Virus record (IMG/VR): IMGVR_UViG_3300021958_000042
Location: 1-64,000 of that record
Direction: 5' to 3' (one strand)
DNA: 64,000 nt
Origin: a virus
Taxonomy: Duplodnaviria; Caudoviricetes
The position numbers and the translations under genes were made by a program. Under the pieces are notes generated by a model. It was not told the origin of the DNA, made no database searches, and saw only the letters and a program-made list of their open reading frames with translations. Positions 29,001 through 39,000 of the stretch are shown one piece after another. Position 1 is the first letter of the stretch, and each line of letters opens with the position of its first letter.

Positions 29001-29916
29001 CTCCTCTTCCTACTTTAGTGAGAAGTGCTAAAATTTTATTATATTCATTTTCATAAACTTTTTGAGATAATGAAGGAAGTCCAACATATCCTGGCTGTGG
29101 CGCTTCGCCATCTCCTGTTTTTAGTTTAGTAGGCTTCGCCTTTTTCTTTAAAAAGTGGCCATTCGGTTGGTCTGAAGGCCTATCAAGAGTTGCTGCAGGG
29201 TCTCCAAACTTAACAACATCATCTACGGCTAAAGTTTGTGCAGAAGAAAGAGTTATCTGCGTGCCAGAGTTAATTGAAACGATAGTTGGGCCTGATGATA
29301 CCACAGTTCCATTAATTTCTAATAAAGTTTCCCCAACGGATAATTGAGCTGTATTATAGAAATGTACTACTGTATCGCTGGTAACTGCCGATTTAGAAAA
29401 TACTGTTGTTTTCCAAACTGGAGAACCCCCCCGAAGGGCTGGATGTGGATTTAAGTATGCAAATAATTCTGCATTTGGCCCAAGAATTTTTGTAAAATCT
29501 AATGATCCGGTGTATTCGTTTGGTTTCGCAATTTCCGTAGAAATTTCATCATGCCAATCAATATCATTATATAAATCTTCAATAGCTTTAATTCTTCTGC
29601 TATATTCTCCATCCAATTTAAAATCTGTATAGGTTGGATTTGCTGTTAGTGCTGTAGGTTTATCTACGCCGAAAGCGCCCGCAGATTGTGTCTGTGTTGA
29701 AGAATCATAATGCCATACAATAAATTCATCGATGAATTTTGTTAACTCTTCTTCTGTTATTACTAATTTTGTTATTTGTGGGCCAACATCCACAAAGCCA
29801 TTTGCAAGAAGATCATCAGACAACTGTACTAATAATGGCTTGAAAACTTCTCTTGTTGGGTCGTAATTATATCCATCTAAATGGACTACTTCGTTTCTTG
29901 TTATTGATACGGACAT
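26038..29916 (-). CDS. Large virion structural protein, paralogue 1 of a four-member family
   Basis: Shares the blocks SITRNEV, WRVRF...VATEFQL...GRDGIK...REPG, GWFRR...YPMAY...DHG...QRHV, PIHCLY, RFVVREKDVLKPWD...NPLEQLS...QRFLY and GMMST...GNGMRI with 43137..47597, 47666..51820 and 51890..53941. Confidence 0.75.
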   Translation of the reverse strand: MSVSITRNEVVHLDGYNYDPTREVFKPLLVQLSDDLLANGFVDVGPQITKLVITEEELTKFIDEFIVWHYDSSTQTQSAGAFGVDKPTALTANPTYTDFKLDGEYSRRIKAIEDLYNDIDWHDEISTEIAKPNEYTGSLDFTKILGPNAELFAYLNPHPALRGGSPVWKTTVFSKSAVTSDTVVHFYNTAQLSVGETLLEINGTVVSSGPTIVSINSGTQITLSSAQTLAVDDVVKFGDPAATLDRPSDQPNGHFLKKKAKPTKLKTGDGEAPQPGYVGLPSLSQKVYENEYNKILALLTKVGRGVSFLPAAESGVNTKAELRHYKRDVQPDGAVKHAFWISNLKDQFFFPSGTVEPSKYKGELLIGFDQAFTENNFQIGDIYTFSFVHSSISPAPNVTYQVPVTVGNDSSVEGFTRTVLDELVKTNIADPKGGLFEVVLDPDRVGVLEFESREIGHNLTCTVTRTERPTTSFSNTPTIFTVPQATASSTVTDGSTEITGSTYTNGYVHEVQIRGLDGSNIADTFEITLTGVIDEAAADKLTNTAAVKNVTVSYTSPKNLNAAQLSENIANALRGNSYINSYMTVVAGSNYISLKYNRNSTAYMKISDTSKTHGFLGTDSSAFTATTVNIGDTTSAEYGLNGFLVADLPARAAFVADVSNFYTEDVLIDASNAGVADPLDLDLAEIQLGVTTDVSAVRLQFPLSRDLGTFANPVNGTWSVFTGLDENNATSYFVSYYQQVVSADDRPLGPQISFDQDASQIHPNTTHGLANRGLTHWSEFSTFSKELKIESFEYITDRSMGPLVFETDRTLPISGNNGDQPWRVRFNVSRGIEVNETSPYINTTHLQLSSSSGDAAIATNNFEYLNVHVATEFQLNSDGNIAQVEGRDGIKAGNLREPGFLGGIRTQFNGYQESVTHLINPFVNRAELDSQLKSGFNIRAGRVGEAHYESGGGLKTGLSTAFTNSATITNPTIPVSITLTKGILLDNEYRYEESFLSGTSSELVADTPFNDGKLRMQKGWFRRTGKTNPAIASQYPMAYTITIADHGMAMYLKDQASTNQSDDNAFFVVQRHVDATTGAPDFTSDQQPIHCLYQSSESPILFSDFTPYFNSKTTERTASLAYQGVYDISGNYLTEFKIDELKDEELQAMNLDIQGRFRRFVVREKDVLKPWDRHVFAGINEVDSHAVLNPLEQLSLNDAGQLVIQFPNRLGTQRFLYTGTELDLVSFCAAGAVGQDTLISSDRFSSTGTNDKRRIYKGMMSTQANGNGMRILQLVGGNGINTTDVDTSLLTS

Positions 29917-29957
29917 TATTAATCAACTCCTATTAATTTATTAAAGCGTTTTTGTAT

Positions 29958-29965
29958 TATTTATA
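29958..29965 (-). promoter_or_regulatory. T4-type late promoter (TATAAATA)
   Basis: Perfect box preceded by a T-run, intergenic, upstream of the ATG at 29916. Confidence 0.75.
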
Positions 29966-29974
29966 AAAAAAAGA

Positions 29975-30907
29975 TTATACACCGTTAGTTATTATATCGA
30001 TGCTATCTTGAGTTCCATTTTGAAAAGTAAAAGCAACAGTACCGCTAATTAGATTATTTCCTTGAAACGTTGTGGTTAGTGGAATATCATCTCTAGTACC
30101 TGTAGTTTTTTTAAACTTTATAAATCCACCTACTCCAAAATTAGTTTCTGGGCGAAATTTTCCAGTACCCGCATCATATGCCAACCCTACTATATTTGCC
30201 CCACTAACATCAGATGCAGAATGTCCAGCATATTCAAAGTTTTGTAAATTATCTTCTATAGTATTTATATCTGTTAAAATGCCACCTTCCACAGAGATAG
30301 CTCTGGTTCTTTCTGCTGCAATTGCTGTATCTAACAATTCGACTGCGCTTACAACAGATGTAGATGTATCTATATAATTTGTACCAGATGGTGTAATATA
30401 AGAGCCGTCTGTATTTAATCCAACTGCAAGCTCAATGGTATCTAATTCATTATATATTGGAGTTAGATTTACGCTAACTGATGTTATTAGAGTGTTAGGA
30501 TCGAATGATGTTTCTAATCCCCCACCGAATTCTATCTCTCCAGTAATGTTTCCACCGACAGTTAAAGCAGTTCCTACTGCCAACCATGCTTCGCCTGTTC
30601 CATAATAAAATGTTTTGAGAGATGTATCTATTGCAAATCTTCCAATGCTTGGAGTTTGCGCGTTTAGTGTTGCATAATCTGCATATTGGTCAAATCTATT
30701 AAGATTGAAATTATCACGCATTGTACTTTTAATAGAATCTAAAATTTCTTCATTAGATGCTGTATCTGGTAGGCCATTTGCGCTAGCGTCACCACCAGCA
30801 CCAATTCCACCATCCAAAATTCCTACAAAGTCAGATTCTAAAAATTCTGCAAGTACTACATCACCAGTTGGTTGTACAACCGCCTTTACTGGAAACGCCT
30901 GTGCCAT
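29975..30907 (-). CDS. Putative fibre/whisker-associated protein (310 aa)
   Basis: The N-terminus resembles that of 22391..25957. The central GLNTDGSY...TNYI...LLD coiled-coil unit resembles the repeats in 57669..58832. Confidence 0.55.
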   Translation of the reverse strand: MAQAFPVKAVVQPTGDVVLAEFLESDFVGILDGGIGAGGDASANGLPDTASNEEILDSIKSTMRDNFNLNRFDQYADYATLNAQTPSIGRFAIDTSLKTFYYGTGEAWLAVGTALTVGGNITGEIEFGGGLETSFDPNTLITSVSVNLTPIYNELDTIELAVGLNTDGSYITPSGTNYIDTSTSVVSAVELLDTAIAAERTRAISVEGGILTDINTIEDNLQNFEYAGHSASDVSGANIVGLAYDAGTGKFRPETNFGVGGFIKFKKTTGTRDDIPLTTTFQGNNLISGTVAFTFQNGTQDSIDIITNGV

Positions 30908-30935
30908 TTATTTCTCCTATTTCTTATATTTATCT

Positions 30936-31226
30936 TCAACCGCCAGCAAATACATTACCAGAACCATTGGCAACAGCAGATCCGCAAGCAACTGGATCTC
31001 CTATTCTTCCTATAGGTTTTCCGTTTGCATAGACAGTGCTTGAGCCACCACCAAGAACAGAACCATGACACGAAGGTCGGGGATTGCAATGCACAGCCCA
31101 CCCATCACCTTTTCTATGTACACCAATTCCATTGACAAATACATTTCCACTTCCGCCTGTATTATTTCTTGGCGGATATGCACCATGTCCTGTGCATGTG
31201 TCTCCTAATCTAGTTACAGCTGGCAT
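30936..31226 (-). CDS. gp5.4: PAAR-repeat spike-tip protein (T4 gp5.4-like)
   Basis: 96 aa with three PAAR-type repeats (PAVTRLGD, GVHRKGD, PIGRIGDPVACG), metal-binding C/H residues (CTGH, HC...CH) and a GSxxVFxGG ending. Confidence 0.92.
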   Translation of the reverse strand: MPAVTRLGDTCTGHGAYPPRNNTGGSGNVFVNGIGVHRKGDGWAVHCNPRPSCHGSVLGGGSSTVYANGKPIGRIGDPVACGSAVANGSGNVFAGG

Positions 31227-34200
31227 AAACTGGATACCCCCTTATTTCTCTTATATCATCTGTGTTATCGTAAAATGTTTTCTCATCTACATTAAAATTA
31301 CAATTCAATTTAAAGTTTCCATTTTCATCTGATATATCTTCAAGGTATTTAAATCTATTGTCTTGTGTAATATCAATTGGAAATGTTTTCTTAAAATATT
31401 CTAAATCAATTGAATTTAAAACTCTATTATTTACAATATAATTATTAGAAAATTTAGTTTCTTTGAACACAACTGAGTCTATAAATGCTTCATAATCATT
31501 TCTCTGTTCCAAATCGTTATATTCTCTAATTCCGATTAATAAATTCTTTTTATACAAATAATCTACAATATCGATTTTGGAATCCCTATAGTCTTTTATT
31601 ATCTCTAACATTTCTTCATCTATACTAGAATTATTTATATTAGGATCATATCTAAATTGTTCATCTTTTCTTCTAGACTCTAACCATTCACGCCGCGAGG
31701 CAAAATCAGTATCATCTATATCATCAGATTTATGTAAAAATAAATCTCTATCAAATGAGAAATTATTATAAATCTTAAATAATACTGTAATTTCTTTTAC
31801 TACTGCACCAGAATTATCTATCACAAAATCATCTACATAAAATGTTAAGTTATCTTCATTTTTAACAACTTCTAAAACAACACTTTCGGATGTAGTAACT
31901 CTGGCAATAACTTCATTATCTATTCCTGTAGAATTGATATTGTCTAAAAGAGATTGATTGCTATCTCTTTTTTCGATCAATACTTCTTTTTCTTGAATAG
32001 TTTCGGCAAAAATTATTTGATTATCTAAATTTGCTATATTATTTGATAAAATAGAACTAGATGTGATAGATACATCTTCTACTGTTCTCTCGACACGATT
32101 TATGTCTATATCTCCTATCAATCTTTCTATTTCATGTCTAATTATTGTTACTACTTCAGTTCCAGAACCCAAATTAACTGATCTTTGAAATTCTCCTAAC
32201 TTTGCTCCAACAAAAAAAGTAGTATCTCCTTGTGTAATCTCTTGGCCCGCAACAAATTCTCTTCCACTATTATCAGTAGGAATTAAATCAATTGTTCCTT
32301 TTGTGATGTTTGTTCCAAGAATTTTTACAGAAAATTCTCTAGGAGAAATTGGATTGAAATCTGTATAATCGTAATCTAAGCTTTCGTTGTGGGATATAAA
32401 GTTGCCTTCATTATCCGTAAACCCCTGTGTCTTTGTCCAATCTTCAAATGCATATTCTCTCAAAAATTTATCTGTCTCTGATAGTGTACCAGATATAACC
32501 CCCTCTGTAGACAATTTAAGACAATCTGGTAATCTTCCAGAAGATTCATCAATTTCATATATGAAGTTGAAGTTTGAATTTTCTCTATTAAATCCCCACA
32601 CTTCATTTTTAGTACTGGCCAAATCCAGATCCCATTCGACATCAGAAAACTCAAACAAAAAGCTTGAGTTTATATCAGTTACTTCTTGAGTTTCCTTGTA
32701 TATTCCTGTCTCATGTCTACCAGAACGGCCTGGAGCAGCGAATCCTTCATTTTCTTTTCCATAATCAATCTTTGAAGCTTTCATGAAATTGATGTTGAAA
32801 CCACCCATGGGAATTGTCTCGTGGCCATAGGCATTTGAACCATCAGATCTAATATGTCCAGAGGTAATTTTATCATAAAATGTTGGCTGGAATTTATTAA
32901 CATCAAATATATTAGAAGATATTCCAATGAAAGAATCGAAGAAAAATTCTATCACTCTGTCAATTACCCTAAAGTTTGGACGGAATATTTCTTCTAACAT
33001 CTGTTTTCCAAAAATATTCGTTTTTGGCGGAACGATTGCAGAAGTATGTAAAAAGAATTGTTCTATCATATAAGAAACATCAGTATTCTCAAGTTCAAAA
33101 TTGCTAAATTTTAAATTAGAATTCCACATATCGATATCAACAAAAAACAATTTATGTATATATGTTTTATCTAAAGTTTCAGTATAGTATGGTAAAACTT
33201 TAAACTGCATATCTTTTGTATGTTCGAAGAATAATCCTTTCGCCAATTCGTATTCAATCATAGATACGCTTCGATATAAACTCTTATCTAAAATATTAAA
33301 TGTTTGTTTAAATTCATAAAATGGAGAAGGTGTAAATTCAGCTGCGTCAAAAGTTCTCGAATATTCTCTATTATCGAATGCAAAATCTTTTGCAATTTCC
33401 GAAAATCTTTTGAAATTGTCGGCAGAGTCTATATATTTTTGAAACCCATAATTAATTGGGATAGTTTTATCTCTTGGTTTTCCGATATAAAGTGATTTTG
33501 TAATATCTCTTAAATAATCAACAGGTCTAAAGAAATATAATCCTTTCTGAGTATCTAAAACTAGATCTTGTTCTGATAAGATATTTTTAGAAGAATTTAA
33601 TTCATAACCATATTTTTTAGTTGTATTTAAGTCTGCCATACCAACAAACTCAGACAGAGTTAAATCTTTTAATCCAAAATCTATCCCTCCAACAAAATCA
33701 TTTTGTTGATACTCAAAACTATATTTTATGTTCATCAACGAAACATCTATGGTGTTATCTATTATACTTTCCTTAATAGAAAGACCGTCTGATTGACTTT
33801 CTATAATGGAAGAAGTTTTAGTAAACGATTCTATAAATTGTTTAAAAGTATCTGCCCCATCAATATTCTCAATAATTTTTTGTCTGTCAAACATTTCTGA
33901 TGACGCTGAATTAAATTCCGATATAACATTGATTAAACTGAGGCCGCCATATAATTGTATATCAATATTTTCTGTAAGATATTCTTGTCGAGCACCAGTA
34001 AATGGAGAAAACTCAAATGTAGTTTTCTTGGGCATCAAAATCATATCTAAATTTGTATATTCTAGAATAGTTCCGCCATATAAAGAAGGCCTAATAAGAT
34101 CAACAAAATCTTGATTGTCTTCTTCTGCATTATAGAGTTCGAATGTGTATGTTTTATATTTTTCAACAACAACATCATTTCCATTTTCTATAAAATATCT

Positions 34201-36078
34201 TTCTGCTGTAATTGATTCTATAAATTCGAAATTTTCTTTTGGATTTCTTGTGTAAGTTTCTACTGCTGCTTGTTCCATGGCAAAACCACCAACAAACAGC
34301 TGTCCTTGTTTGACAGTACTTAAAGAAACTCCACCTTCTAATAATGGATCGAAATTAATATTACTGAAAGATGCATTTCTTTGAGAGAAAGTTGAAAACC
34401 CAAATCTAGAATTAATAAACCTTTTAGTATCTTCATAATCATTCAAATCTATTTCTATGACAGTTTGAAGGTCAATATTAGTAGAATTCATTTGACTTGT
34501 ATATACTTTTACAATATTTTGATTTTTTTCTACTCTTATCTTAGAACCAGTTGGACTTTGATCCCATCCCCCAGCAGTATCTAGAGGGTTTGCTGGTGGT
34601 AATTCATTAGTCCACATATGACTACTTACATGATTTGATATAATGTTACCACTAAAATTGATAGACTGGCCGATGTTTGTAGCTAACATCCAAGTTTCTC
34701 CACCAAACATGCCTCCCTGAGTTCTGACAGCACTCAAAGTATACTCATAATCATCTTCTTTTACATAACCAACTATCACGCCAATAGTATCATCGTCCTG
34801 AGCAGATGAATTAATATCTACTTCCAGATTAAAAGAATCGATGGGAGATGGAGAAACAAATCCAATATACGACCTAGAATTTTCAGTAGATTTTATATCG
34901 TCATTAGAATCTACTGTCCAAGAATCTAATTCGCTTGGTCTATTTGGATATGTTGCGATTCCATTTGTCGGTAATGGGCCATGGGAAAACCTATGCCAAG
35001 AATTTAAAATACCATATGAATTTACGCCAGTTGTTCTAGGCTGCACATCCAATACACCATTTGTTAAACCGTCCAGTGAAGTTAGAAATGTTATTTCTAG
35101 TTTTCTAGTAATTTCTCTATGTTTTACTAGTCTATATGTAAAATCAGTTTCATGTAATAATTGAACTCCATCTATCTCAATAGTAAATGGTCTAGTATTA
35201 ATATTATCATTATCAATCCAATCGTCGATTGAACTAACCCATATATTAGATGAATATACTCCATCATTAACAACATGAAAATTTTCTGTATATTCTCCCG
35301 AATTGATATCAAATGGATTTTCTATTATATCTGGAATTCTTTCAAACCCAAACCAAAGTAAACATCTTCCAGCTGGAATATCGATGTCTCTGATGTTTAT
35401 AGATAAATTATTCCAACCAACATCATTTTCAACATCAAAGTCATAAGAAGCTACTAATTGAGAAGAAAGTCCAGAATGAAATTCGTCTAAATTGTTTATT
35501 GCATCTTCATATTCATCAAGACTTCTATATACATGTATACGCAATCTTGGATTTGAAGTTTGAATATTTGTTGCATTTATCGAAAAATGAAAAGCATCAT
35601 TTACAGTCTCTTCAACTAACTGATAATCTTGAACATGTTCAACAGGTTTGGTTGCAGTTTTTCTAAAATCTCCTTCCAATACGATGAATGACGCAGATTC
35701 TTCATTTTTTTGATTTTGTCTTGATTGCCATTGTCCAGCATACATTTCATCAAAAAGAGAAATATATGAATTTGGATCTGGAGCTTCAATATTAGAATAA
35801 TTTTCTGAAGTTTCCGTTCCTACTTGAACATAATTACTAGTGCTTGCTTCTCTATAATCAACTTCTAGATAATTATAAATTAAATTGGATCGTATAACCT
35901 TGTATGGCTTATACATCTGCAGAGGATCTAATGCATTTGAATTTCCTCTATCATTCTCTGGATAATAATAATTTATATACTGCAACTCAACTTCAGTTGC
36001 AGAATCAAAAATTATATTGTCTACTCTTCTCGTACTGGCCTTTACTGCTGGCCCACCACGAATTGTAATTTGAGGCAT
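31210..36078 (-). CDS. Large putative baseplate/virion protein (1622 aa) with a lectin-like domain and a putative Ig domain
   Basis: QDDDTIGVIVGY resembles the acidic Ca-binding motif of L-type/thrombospondin-C lectin folds. YEIDESSGRLPDCLKLSTEGVISG resembles a putative Ig (He_PIG-like) domain. Its stop overlaps the PAAR start. Confidence 0.5.
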   Translation of the reverse strand: MPQITIRGGPAVKASTRRVDNIIFDSATEVELQYINYYYPENDRGNSNALDPLQMYKPYKVIRSNLIYNYLEVDYREASTSNYVQVGTETSENYSNIEAPDPNSYISLFDEMYAGQWQSRQNQKNEESASFIVLEGDFRKTATKPVEHVQDYQLVEETVNDAFHFSINATNIQTSNPRLRIHVYRSLDEYEDAINNLDEFHSGLSSQLVASYDFDVENDVGWNNLSINIRDIDIPAGRCLLWFGFERIPDIIENPFDINSGEYTENFHVVNDGVYSSNIWVSSIDDWIDNDNINTRPFTIEIDGVQLLHETDFTYRLVKHREITRKLEITFLTSLDGLTNGVLDVQPRTTGVNSYGILNSWHRFSHGPLPTNGIATYPNRPSELDSWTVDSNDDIKSTENSRSYIGFVSPSPIDSFNLEVDINSSAQDDDTIGVIVGYVKEDDYEYTLSAVRTQGGMFGGETWMLATNIGQSINFSGNIISNHVSSHMWTNELPPANPLDTAGGWDQSPTGSKIRVEKNQNIVKVYTSQMNSTNIDLQTVIEIDLNDYEDTKRFINSRFGFSTFSQRNASFSNINFDPLLEGGVSLSTVKQGQLFVGGFAMEQAAVETYTRNPKENFEFIESITAERYFIENGNDVVVEKYKTYTFELYNAEEDNQDFVDLIRPSLYGGTILEYTNLDMILMPKKTTFEFSPFTGARQEYLTENIDIQLYGGLSLINVISEFNSASSEMFDRQKIIENIDGADTFKQFIESFTKTSSIIESQSDGLSIKESIIDNTIDVSLMNIKYSFEYQQNDFVGGIDFGLKDLTLSEFVGMADLNTTKKYGYELNSSKNILSEQDLVLDTQKGLYFFRPVDYLRDITKSLYIGKPRDKTIPINYGFQKYIDSADNFKRFSEIAKDFAFDNREYSRTFDAAEFTPSPFYEFKQTFNILDKSLYRSVSMIEYELAKGLFFEHTKDMQFKVLPYYTETLDKTYIHKLFFVDIDMWNSNLKFSNFELENTDVSYMIEQFFLHTSAIVPPKTNIFGKQMLEEIFRPNFRVIDRVIEFFFDSFIGISSNIFDVNKFQPTFYDKITSGHIRSDGSNAYGHETIPMGGFNINFMKASKIDYGKENEGFAAPGRSGRHETGIYKETQEVTDINSSFLFEFSDVEWDLDLASTKNEVWGFNRENSNFNFIYEIDESSGRLPDCLKLSTEGVISGTLSETDKFLREYAFEDWTKTQGFTDNEGNFISHNESLDYDYTDFNPISPREFSVKILGTNITKGTIDLIPTDNSGREFVAGQEITQGDTTFFVGAKLGEFQRSVNLGSGTEVVTIIRHEIERLIGDIDINRVERTVEDVSITSSSILSNNIANLDNQIIFAETIQEKEVLIEKRDSNQSLLDNINSTGIDNEVIARVTTSESVVLEVVKNEDNLTFYVDDFVIDNSGAVVKEITVLFKIYNNFSFDRDLFLHKSDDIDDTDFASRREWLESRRKDEQFRYDPNINNSSIDEEMLEIIKDYRDSKIDIVDYLYKKNLLIGIREYNDLEQRNDYEAFIDSVVFKETKFSNNYIVNNRVLNSIDLEYFKKTFPIDITQDNRFKYLEDISDENGNFKLNCNFNVDEKTFYDNTDDIREIRGYPVYASCN

Positions 36079-36084
36079 GTTTAA

Positions 36085-39000
36085 TTATCCAAAAAATCTA
36101 TTACTATCATTTCTATCTATAAAGGGTCCAATTGGTTGATTTGTATTTTTATCTAATATAGGAACCAATGTATATAATTTATCTTCTCCAGTTCTCATTA
36201 TAATTATTCCTTTTTCGGAACTAAAGTCATCTAGTGCTTCTGAAATTGGTGGAGACAACTCCGGCAATTCACTTTCATTTCCACCACCTATTGGTGCTGA
36301 AGATATTGGATCTTCTGCTGGTGGTTGTACAACAACAGGATTTTGATCTGCTTCTTCGCTTGGTGGTGAATTGATAAACTCCTCTGTCTCAGTTTCATCT
36401 GTTGCAACATTGTTTAAAGTACTCTCAGTTTCAGTTTCATCGACTGAGGGCCGCAATTCTATTGCCGCATCTACAGAAATATCCACAGATAATCTTGGTC
36501 TTGTATCCTGATCCTCTGGTTCGTCAATACTTGTTGTTGGTGGTAGAGTTGCATCTTCAGAATCATCACTCAATTCAACTACTTCTACGCTAGATGTATC
36601 CGTATCGTCTTCCGACAGCACGGCCGGAACCGTAGAATCTCCAAGATCAGTGTCTCCAATAGAAGAAACAGTATTGTCTGAAATGCTATCTTCGTCAGCT
36701 GACGATATAACTGCACCTTGATCTAAAGATTCATCATCATCCGATACAAATTGTATCGATTCTTGATCGCTTTCATCTTCACCAGTGAGCGTAGATGTGC
36801 CCTCATCTGCTGGAGTTTCTTCCACGACACCTGTAGCTTGGGATATTTCTTGCTGTTCGTCTACAGATGATGCAAAAGGAACATCGGCATTGTCTTGGGA
36901 GTCTTGATCGCTTGAAAGTTTTAAATCCTCATCATCAGCAATCTCAGAACCTTCTTCTGATACTAGCTCTGTTATTTCTACCACATTTCCATCTGTTACT
37001 GGTGGGATCGTATTATCTACTTCGGGTGTATCTGTTAAAATACCAACATCCGTATCATCAAGGCCTTCATCTTCTAATATTTGTGTAGCTTCTGTATCAT
37101 TCTCTTCGCTAAAGGCTTGGGATTGTGATGGATCTGTGGCATCAGTTCTACCATCAGTTAAGGCCTCAACCGCATCAGTATCATCAATTCGTTCATCAAC
37201 AAGCGCACCAACGGCATCCGTAGAATCGACTCTATCATCCGTCAATCCTTCTACAGCATCAGTATCATCAAGTCTTTCATCAACAAGTGCTCCGATAGAA
37301 TCGGTGCCATCTGTCCGTTCATCTTCTAGTGCTATTACTCCTTCACTAACATCCGTTCTATCATCTGTTAGTGCGCCTACTGAATCGGTATCATCAGTTC
37401 TATCATCTGTTAGTGCGCCTACTGAATCGGTATCATCAGTCCTTTCATCGGTAAGCGCCTCTACAGAATCTGTAGAATCTACTCTATCATCTGTTAGTGC
37501 GCCTACTGAATCGGTATCATCAGTCCTTTCATCGGTAAGCGCCTCTACAGAATCTGTAGAATCTACTCTATCATCTGTTAGTGCAGCAACTGCATCTGTA
37601 TCTTCTGTTCTAGCATCATCTTGTGATCCTAAAATTGTAACTTCGTCCTGACTATCATCAGTAAGTGTAGCTATAGAATCTGTATCATCCAATCTCTGGT
37701 CGGTTTGTGCTTCGATAGAATCTGTATTATCCTGTCTTTCGTCAGAATTTAATGTAGATGGGTCAGAAGTATCTTCTGTGGATGTTTCTGTAGAACCAAC
37801 TGGTAATGTATTATCATCTGTTTCTGTGCTACTCAAGACACTTTCTGCTGAAGTATCGCCTAAATCATCAGTTCCTGATAGCCCAATAATACTATCATCA
37901 ATATTATCTGAAACGCCTGTTGTTATTGCAGTAGTATCATCTATATTATCATCTGTTACGGTGCTAACAATAGAAGATTCATCTACTCTTACATCAATAT
38001 CAACTTCAATAAAATCAGACTCGTCTGTTGGTATTTCTGAAGAAACATCCGTAATAATTAATTGGTCAGAAACATTTTCATCTGCTGCCGCAATTGCATC
38101 AGTATCGTCTATAGAACCTTGCTCGCCCTCTATACCGACAGATGTATCATCTTCTTCGGTTTCATCTCCCGATACTGATATTGTAGAATTATCGATAGAA
38201 TCATTATCTGTAGCTGCAACAGCATCAGTTCCATCTCCTATACCATCTCCATCAATAAGAACTTCGCCCTGAGCATCTGTAGGAATTTCTGTAGGAATTA
38301 CTCCCTGCCCACTTGCATCTGCCGGAATTTCTGATATAGAAGACACTGCTATAGATTCTTCATCACTCTCATCTGAGTCGATAGAAATATCCACTGAAGA
38401 ATCTATAGTAGTAGCTGATACGGAAGAAGTCTCTGCTGCAGAATCTTCTGCAGATTCATTATCTGATTGTAATATATCAGAATTGTCTTCTGAAATTTCT
38501 GCGCTAACTAAGTTATCCTGAGAACTATCTTCTGGAGTTTCGTCTGATATTTGCAAATCAACTAATGTATCATCTACAACATTGCCATCTGTCAAAGATA
38601 CATCTGAAGTATCTACCTCTGATTCTGATGCAGAAAGTATCGCATCAGTATCATCGACTGCAGAAACAGTTGCAGTTTCAATTGCATCAGTATCATCAGG
38701 AGTTTCCGTATCGGTAGACTTTGCAATATCAATTTCATCCAACAATTGATCTGAATCTGTTACATCTTCTGTAGATAATTCTTCTATATTCTCAGCTGAG
38801 GTAGATTTGACTGTTTCACTATCACCAATATTTTCAGTTGTTGTTGATATATCTCCAGATAATTCCAATACTTCTTCACCGTCTGCCAAAACAGCTGTAG
38901 ATGTGTCATCGATAGAATCGATATCACCCACAAGCAAGGAAGAGTTTTCTTCTACCTCTTCTCTATCAATCTGACCTATTGCAGAACTATCTTCAGGTGT

